A stretch of DNA of 64,000 bases from an archaeon. Lineage in GTDB: Archaea; Asgardarchaeota; Thorarchaeia; Thorarchaeales; Thorarchaeaceae. Under the pieces are notes generated by a model, which did not search any database, was not told the origin of the DNA, and was given only the letters and a program-made list of their open reading frames with translations. Below are positions 58,299-64,000 of the stretch, piece after piece. The position numbers and the translations under genes were made by a program. Location of the stretch: the NCBI GenBank assembly GCA_024276825.1, contig JAJRWI010000077.1, forward strand, positions 14,502 through 78,501, written 5' to 3'. Positions within the stretch are counted from its first letter, which is position 1, and every line of letters starts with the position of its first letter.

Positions 58299-59492
58299 AT
58301 GAACAAGAGGGTACTGAATTTGCCGCTGAACAACACCAATATCGTAAGCGCAGCCCAGACAAAATTTGGGAAGCTCGAAGGGATCACAATTAGAGAAATG
58401 TTTGCTGAAGCCGTTGACAAAGCAACTGTTGAAGCTGGGATTCCCAAAAAGGACATTCAAGCTGCTTTCATTGGAACTTTCATCCCAGAGATGCTGATTC
58501 ATCAGGGACATACTGCACCGTTGCTAATAGATTATGCAGGACTAAGAGGTCTTCCAGCGACACGTCATGAGGCAGCGTGTGCTTCAGGAGCCACCGCATT
58601 AAGAGCAGGAATAATGGCCATCGAATCAGGTCTCTATGATACCGTGCTTGTCGCTGGTGCTGAGAAGATGACTTCGGTATCAACAAATAAAGTCACTGAA
58701 GCATTAGCCGCAGCAGCTGATGATGAGTTTGAATCATCAATTGGCTTGACGTTCCCTGGCGTGTTTGCAATTGCAGCAGTTGCACATATGCAAAAGTATG
58801 GGACCACTGAGGAAGACATGGCACGTGTAGCAGTTAAGGCCCATTACAATGCATCTACCAATCCACTGGCACAGTTTCAAAAAGAGATCACACTTGAGAA
58901 AGCACTCACTCCAAGATATATTGCATGGCCATTGAAACTGTTTGATTGCTCTCCCATATCAGACGGTGCAGCAGCAATTGTTCTGACCTCTAATGAAAAG
59001 GCAAAGGAATACACAGATCTGCCAGTGAAAATAATTGGGACTGGTCAGGCTTCTGCATCAATGGACCTGTGCAACAGGATTGAATTAACCTCTTTTGAAT
59101 CCTCAGTGAAAGCAAGTAAGATTGCCTATGAGATGGCAAAACTGGGTCCTGAAGACATGGACTTTGCAGTTGTACATGACTGCTTTACAATTGCTGAGAT
59201 TATTGCCAGTGAAGACATTGGGTTCTTCAAACCTGGTGAGGGTGCTAAGGCTGTCCGTGAAGGCATTACCGCCAGAGATGGTGATAAGCCGATCAATCCG
59301 ATGGGTGGTCTCAAGGCGGTAGGACATCCTGTTGGTGCTACTGGTGTCAAGCAGGCAGTTGTAATCTACAAGGAACTAATAGGTGAAGCAGGCAAGAATC
59401 AGGTGCCCAAATATGACACTGCATTGATGCACAATTTCGGAGGCACGGGCGCAACCTGTGTTGTCAATATAATGAGGAGGGCTGACGCATGA
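58299..59492 (+). CDS. Thiolase (acetyl-CoA C-acyltransferase family).
   Basis: AACASGATALRAG (active-site Cys context) and C-terminal GHPVGATG. The likely start is ATG 58299 (MNKRVLNL...), not 58236. Confidence 0.8.
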   Translation: MNKRVLNLPLNNTNIVSAAQTKFGKLEGITIREMFAEAVDKATVEAGIPKKDIQAAFIGTFIPEMLIHQGHTAPLLIDYAGLRGLPATRHEAACASGATALRAGIMAIESGLYDTVLVAGAEKMTSVSTNKVTEALAAAADDEFESSIGLTFPGVFAIAAVAHMQKYGTTEEDMARVAVKAHYNASTNPLAQFQKEITLEKALTPRYIAWPLKLFDCSPISDGAAAIVLTSNEKAKEYTDLPVKIIGTGQASASMDLCNRIELTSFESSVKASKIAYEMAKLGPEDMDFAVVHDCFTIAEIIASEDIGFFKPGEGAKAVREGITARDGDKPINPMGGLKAVGHPVGATGVKQAVVIYKELIGEAGKNQVPKYDTALMHNFGGTGATCVVNIMRRADA

Positions 59493-59887
59493 ATGACAAG
59501 TCCAACAAACCAACTATTGAGAAATACAAGCAATTCATCCAAGAAGGCAAGTTCCGCGCGTTCAAATGTTCAGACTGTGGTGCAGTGATTGCTCCACCTC
59601 TTGGCTCTTGCTATAGTTGTGGAAGCAGCAAGATGGAGTGGACTGAAATCAGTGGCAAGGGCAGGCTGGTTTCTTTCACAGTCATCCATGTTGCACCCGA
59701 GGAGTTTCAGGATGAGGCCCCTTACTACATTGCTATTATTGAGCTTGATGAAGGAACCCGTGTGACTGCAAGACTATCAGGATTTGACCCTCTCAAGCCT
59801 GAAGATGTCAAACTTGGGACTTCAATGGAACTCACTTTCATTGAGAGTCCAAAGGGGAGGAAGTATCTGGCCTTCAAAGCGGCCTGA
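59489..59887 (+). CDS. DUF35-family Zn-ribbon + OB-fold protein, thiolase partner.
   Basis: CSDCG...CYSCG followed by an OB-fold. ATGA overlap with the thiolase stop. AGGAGG 10 nt upstream. Confidence 0.75.
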   Translation: MNDKSNKPTIEKYKQFIQEGKFRAFKCSDCGAVIAPPLGSCYSCGSSKMEWTEISGKGRLVSFTVIHVAPEEFQDEAPYYIAIIELDEGTRVTARLSGFDPLKPEDVKLGTSMELTFIESPKGRKYLAFKAA

Positions 59888-59942
59888 AAATGTAGAGCAT
59901 TCAAGCTCTGCTTCCTCTTTTTTCCATGTTTCGATATAATGA

Positions 59943-60638
59943 TCAATTCTCTCTGGTCATCAATTTGGCCCAATCTATCTTTACGAGAAGATAAATTGCG
60001 ATTATTATTAGCAGTACTGTAGCCACCTCTATGCTCCTCGACATCGGGCTGTCAGGGTTACCACCTGCAAATATCTGGGCTACAAACTCCATTCCTAAGA
60101 ATCCTGCCCATGCAATTCCAATTAGCATCATGGCCTTACCGATGAAACTAGGAATCACGATCTTCCACCATGGATATTTTGCGGCACCTAACGGGACAAT
60201 CAAAAAGTCATCTGGCAACGGTGTAATGGCAAGAATCCAGATGATGAGTGGAATCGCTCTTGGGTGATTCTCGGCATATCTCCTAAAGCCATCTGTATGA
60301 CTCTCATCAAGAAGATGGCCCCCACCATAGCCCACAACATATCCAGTCATCTCACCTGCAAGAGCCCCAACAGCTTAAATTATTCCAACAAGTGTGGGGT
60401 CTAGAAGACCTCCAAGAACAAAAGGAATGATCACGTATGGAAATGGAAAGACTATTGTTGCATTGCCAATGAATGATCCAATTAGGACACCAAAGTATCC
60501 TCCATGAATTGCAAATGTTGTTAGTCCCTGATACATGGCAGTAAATGGGCTAGCAATCTCTGGATAAACAAGTGCTATAATCCAATACGCAATAACAAGG
60601 ATGACCGCAATGCCAAATACTTTGTCAGCTTTATCCAT
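59943..60638 (-). pseudogene. DedA/VTT-domain membrane protein interrupted by a single in-frame TAA (minus-strand codon at 60375-60377).
   Basis: The two ORF-track pieces (60375-60638 and 59943-60350) are in the same frame. Their joined translation ...PFVLGGLLDPTLVGII*AVGALAGEMTGYVVGYGGG...PLGAAKYPWWK... reads as one continuous DedA protein. Confidence 0.6.
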
Positions 60639-60742
60639 GGTTAGTCCCCATATTACTTGGTGTTAATTACTGATAATTGCTGAGTCTATGCCATGGTATA
60701 CTTAAGTAATCTTGGCTTCACTAATACTTGGAGTTCTTGATA

Positions 60743-61936
60743 ATGACTGTAATCCCCTATGGAGATGAAGAATTAACATTGAATCTTCCAACTGGTTGTG
60801 ATCAAACAGAACTCAATATAATTGATCCTCCCCCATTGTACGACTTTAAGATGGAACTATTGCGCTTACTTGAGTCTTCACCATTCAGTCTTAATTCCAA
60901 TAATATAATTGCCCTAATATGTGATACTAATCCTGCTTCTGTTCAGGTATTAAATACTCTTCTCAATTCTCTATCCTATATTACTGAGCTGGAACGTGTG
61001 AGAGTATTCATTATTGCCCAGAACGGAATTCCTTCTGATATGCCCAAGCTAGACTCCAAATATCCAATTATTTATCATGACCCACGAGAATCAGCAAAAC
61101 AGATGATTGGTTACACTTCGTATGGCACACCTGTTGAGATCAATGCAGATTTTCTTGAATCTACAATTAGAATCACACTCGGTTCATTTCTGCCAGACCC
61201 ATTTTGGTCAATGACCGGCAGCCTGACTCATATATTGCCTGGCTTGACTTCTCACAGGACCAACATCACAAACACAAGACTTGCATTAAGTCAGAAACCC
61301 ATGCCAATGAATTTCAAGGCAAAGCGGTTCATAGATGCAAGTGACGCAGTTGAACTTGCCAATATTGACATGTTTCTGACTGTTCAAACCAAGACTCGAA
61401 ATCAGATCGTAGGACTATCTGCTGCTTACTCCATAAATGATCTCCTAATGCTCTTCAAAAATGCATCCAGAATCTTTTTTCAAAGAGTTAATCGATATCA
61501 CGACCTTATTATTGTTGGAGCAGGAGGCTCGCCACTAGACTCTACACTGTTTGATGCAATACCAGCACTTTACTCTGCTCTCTCAATAACTAGAAGAAAT
61601 GGAACAATTGTGTTAGTTTCAAAATGTGCATCGGGTCTGGGCCCTATCAGCTTTGCTACACTAGTGAATAAACTTGACCAATTGGAACAATCACAAATAC
61701 CTTGCCAAATTGGCTCTGAAAAGATACATTTCCTTCTGGAAGTTTTGAAATATAACCGTCTTCTAATATATTCAGATTGTCTTGATGCCAGACTGAATGA
61801 TATACACCCTAATATTGAGGTTCTCTCAAACCTTGAATCATGTATCGATGCTGCATATTCATCCATGACAAGTGCATCTAGAATCCTAGTAATTCAGGAT
61901 GGACATCGAATCATTCCAATGACTGCAACTATCTAG
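60743..61936 (+). CDS. LarA-like (DUF2088, nickel-pincer lactate racemase family) protein. Call is tentative.
   Basis: About 400 aa. The N-terminus MTVIPYGDEELTLNLP resembles the LarA N-terminal 'l.lpyG...l...lp' signature. The ORF tracker start is TTG at 60728. Confidence 0.35.
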   Translation: MTVIPYGDEELTLNLPTGCDQTELNIIDPPPLYDFKMELLRLLESSPFSLNSNNIIALICDTNPASVQVLNTLLNSLSYITELERVRVFIIAQNGIPSDMPKLDSKYPIIYHDPRESAKQMIGYTSYGTPVEINADFLESTIRITLGSFLPDPFWSMTGSLTHILPGLTSHRTNITNTRLALSQKPMPMNFKAKRFIDASDAVELANIDMFLTVQTKTRNQIVGLSAAYSINDLLMLFKNASRIFFQRVNRYHDLIIVGAGGSPLDSTLFDAIPALYSALSITRRNGTIVLVSKCASGLGPISFATLVNKLDQLEQSQIPCQIGSEKIHFLLEVLKYNRLLIYSDCLDARLNDIHPNIEVLSNLESCIDAAYSSMTSASRILVIQDGHRIIPMTATI

Positions 61937-62250
61937 GAACGATTATCACTGTCAAAAATCGCATCCACAGCAGTGAGGGCCCCATCAATCTCAGAAGGAG
62001 TAAATTCCTTCAACTCGCCAGTCTTTGCAATCTTGATAATGACAAGGGCATCCTCATTTTGCGGTGTCATTGTCCAAGAGATATCAAATCCCGGAATCTC
62101 TTTCATAATAGACTTCAAAACGCTGAGCCATGCATCTTTCACATCATCCAGAGTGATATAGAGAAACTCAATAAGGGGGATTGTTATCTCTACCGTTAGT
62201 ACCTTTCCCTCTATAATGTAATAGTTTTCAACAGTCCATTGACCAGTCAA
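61933..62250 (-). CDS. Small hypothetical protein (105 aa).
   Basis: ORF only. Confidence 0.3.
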   Translation of the reverse strand: MTGQWTVENYYIIEGKVLTVEITIPLIEFLYITLDDVKDAWLSVLKSIMKEIPGFDISWTMTPQNEDALVIIKIAKTGELKEFTPSEIDGALTAVDAIFDSDNRS

Positions 62251-62307
62251 AGGATGTGCACCATTAACTTCGAATTATTTGCATCAGATAAGTATTATTC
62301 ATTGGTA

Positions 62308-64000
62308 TTAGTCGGTGTTCTCATCGTCTTCCTCTTTTTGAGACTTTAATAGAATTTCTACATCTTCAATGAATGCTTCTCGTGGGTCTTTCTCCTTTGG
62401 TTCCTCTCCCAAGGGTTGATCTTTCAAACTCTCATCCTCATTAGTTTCAGCGGGTCCCTCTCTATCTCGCTTCTCCTCACCGGGCTCAACCTCCTCCCCT
62501 TCCAATTGACCCTCCTCTATGGACTCTACGCTGTCTTGGCTTGTTTCTTCCAGCGAACTTTCAACGTCGGTGAAATTAACATCATCACTACCACATACAA
62601 AGCTACTGCCTATCCGTCTTGCACTTTCTGTCACATCAACAGGCATAATGAAGCCTCGCTTTGCCATACTTAGCAATATGTCCAATGTTTCAGGCTCTGT
62701 TTTGCCCAGTGTGTTTGCCACTTTTTCTAAAACATCTGCAATTCTTACAAGGCCTGCGTCATTAACTAAGGGCGATATTATTTTAATAACAGTCTTCTCC
62801 AAGCCTTTTGGCTTCTTTTTGGCATTAATTCTATGCGGAACCATCCACTCATAATGTAGGCATTCATATAGTGTTCCTATTATCCACTTTTCATCAAAGC
62901 CATTGAGAATTCCTACCCAATTCTCCAACACATCATGATATTGCCTCTCAAACTTTGAAACAAATGCCTCCAGATTCTTTCTCATTTCAGAATTGACCTC
63001 GCCCTCTGAAATCAGAATCCCTACAACATAATCACCACTATAGCTATTCAGCCTGAGTCCCTGATAATGGATTTCCTCCAGTGTTCCCTGTCCTCCCTCA
63101 CCTGTAATTTCCCCATAGACACTAGTGATAGCAGAAATGAATCCACTGATTAAATCGGGTTGAATGCGTGCTTCCGTAAATGGATGATAAATGACACAAA
63201 CCCCTCGATTGATGTAGATGGCCATGAAGTGTCTTAGTGATTTTAGCATATTGAAATACTGCATTTGCTCTGCCAAGTTCATCAGTTTTGCTCTTTTCTT
63301 GGGCTTGTGCAATTTCGAATATGCTGCAACTACAGAACCAACCACTACCACTAATATGATCAGAATCAAACCTATTGGGCTAGTTAGAAATGCAGTCAAG
63401 CTCTCTATTAGACCTGGTGCGGGTCTGACTGCCAGCTCGACTTCCTGAGTTGATACGGCCCACTCAGATACTGATCCTCTAAACTCTGCCCATACAATAA
63501 CACTCTCGACTCCCTCAGGTATTTCAAAGGCAACTTCTGCAATTCCCTCTGCATTTGTGATGGCGCTCTTGTTGAGAATATTTCCATTGATCTTCATATG
63601 CACGATTATCTCTTTACCACTTACAGCTCCATGATCACTTGTGAGCTGTACGCTCACTCCAAGAGTTGCTCCTTCAATGGCCTGACTTGTTTCAATATCC
63701 AGATAGTACAGCGTCTTTGCATCAACAATTAAAGAAACTGTTGTCGTTGAGATTTCGCAGTAATCTCCGAAACCTGTGAGTGTCATCACATAGTTCCCAG
63801 GTTCCAAGTCCACTAGAAAGTCTTTTGCAAAGTATCCATTTTCGTCATCATATGTGAGATTGAATAACAAATCGCCAACATCAACTATGACCCACCCCCA
63901 CCTGACTGGGATGTTTCTATCAGTGTCCATGAACTCTGCAATAATGTGAATTGTTTCTTGCTCATATTGCGAGTAGCTCGACTCCACATTCAAGGATGTG
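62308..64000 (-). CDS. Receptor-like membrane protein. The frame is still open at the window edge, so the N-terminus is outside. It has a beta-sandwich ectodomain, a single TM, a cytoplasmic roadblock/LC7-like domain and an acidic E/D-rich tail.
   Basis: No signal peptide at the called TTG start, and the frame stays open to nt 64000. TM segment IGLILIILVVVVGSVVAAY, then KLHKPKKRAK. The cytoplasmic region has a roadblock-like pattern (GVCVIYHPF...LISGFISAITSV...YVVGILISEGEVNSEMRKNLEAFVSKFERQY). The tail is ...EEGQLEGEEVEPGEEKRDREGPAETNEDES... Confidence 0.65.
   Translation of the reverse strand, partial: TSLNVESSYSQYEQETIHIIAEFMDTDRNIPVRWGWVIVDVGDLLFNLTYDDENGYFAKDFLVDLEPGNYVMTLTGFGDYCEISTTTVSLIVDAKTLYYLDIETSQAIEGATLGVSVQLTSDHGAVSGKEIIVHMKINGNILNKSAITNAEGIAEVAFEIPEGVESVIVWAEFRGSVSEWAVSTQEVELAVRPAPGLIESLTAFLTSPIGLILIILVVVVGSVVAAYSKLHKPKKRAKLMNLAEQMQYFNMLKSLRHFMAIYINRGVCVIYHPFTEARIQPDLISGFISAITSVYGEITGEGGQGTLEEIHYQGLRLNSYSGDYVVGILISEGEVNSEMRKNLEAFVSKFERQYHDVLENWVGILNGFDEKWIIGTLYECLHYEWMVPHRINAKKKPKGLEKTVIKIISPLVNDAGLVRIADVLEKVANTLGKTEPETLDILLSMAKRGFIMPVDVTESARRIGSSFVCGSDDVNFTDVESSLEETSQDSVESIEEGQLEGEEVEPGEEKRDREGPAETNEDESLKDQPLGEEPKEKDPREAFIEDVEILLKSQKEEDDENTD

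Overview
The window is a moderately AT-rich archaeal chromosomal segment. Dense Shine-Dalgarno motifs, abundant N-glycosylation sequons, archaeal-type LeuCD/LeuB genes and repeated DUF35-thiolase pairs support that call. The single Arf-like GTPase and roadblock domains are reminiscent of Asgard-type archaea, but I cannot confirm lineage from sequence alone. About 55 protein-coding genes are packed on both strands. I found no rRNA or tRNA gene, no CRISPR array, and no transposase or integrase.

Most of the content is housekeeping and accessory metabolism. It includes three beta-oxidation-like modules (thiolase or acyl-CoA dehydrogenase, each with a Zn-ribbon/OB-fold DUF35 partner) and an SCP2 protein. 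There is a LeuB-LeuC-LeuD operon and a distant short LeuA-family synthase. Other enzymes are PanB, glutamine synthetase, glutamine-dependent NAD synthetase, a GH36-like alpha-galactosidase, a subtilase, a P-type ATPase, an MFS transporter and a PHP phosphatase. Regulators are one ArsR and one Lrp.

The stand-out feature is a candidate membrane-signalling/trafficking-like locus at the left edge (2-13062). It holds two tandem paralogous giant sequon-rich surface proteins. The pair shares a strictly conserved cytoplasmic juxtamembrane motif, RMRIPYQIKQINKALKAIEN-K-A-VEGIKSMG, followed by roughly 290-aa polyacidic E/P tails. Immediately downstream is a tightly coupled operon for a roadblock-domain::Arf-like small GTPase fusion and three coiled-coil proteins with paralogous C-terminal winged-helix 'IDGD' modules. 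A third receptor-like protein at the right edge (62308-64000) has a cytoplasmic roadblock-like domain and an acidic tail. A 1159-aa membrane-anchored beta-helix adhesin-like protein is also present.

Other oddities are a DedA gene interrupted by one in-frame TAA, 75-90 bp direct repeats flanking a two-gene (membrane protein + SatD-like) cassette, and a perfect 14-bp palindromic candidate operator in the ArsR divergent promoter. Several hairpin + T-tract terminators and ATGA-coupled gene pairs are visible.
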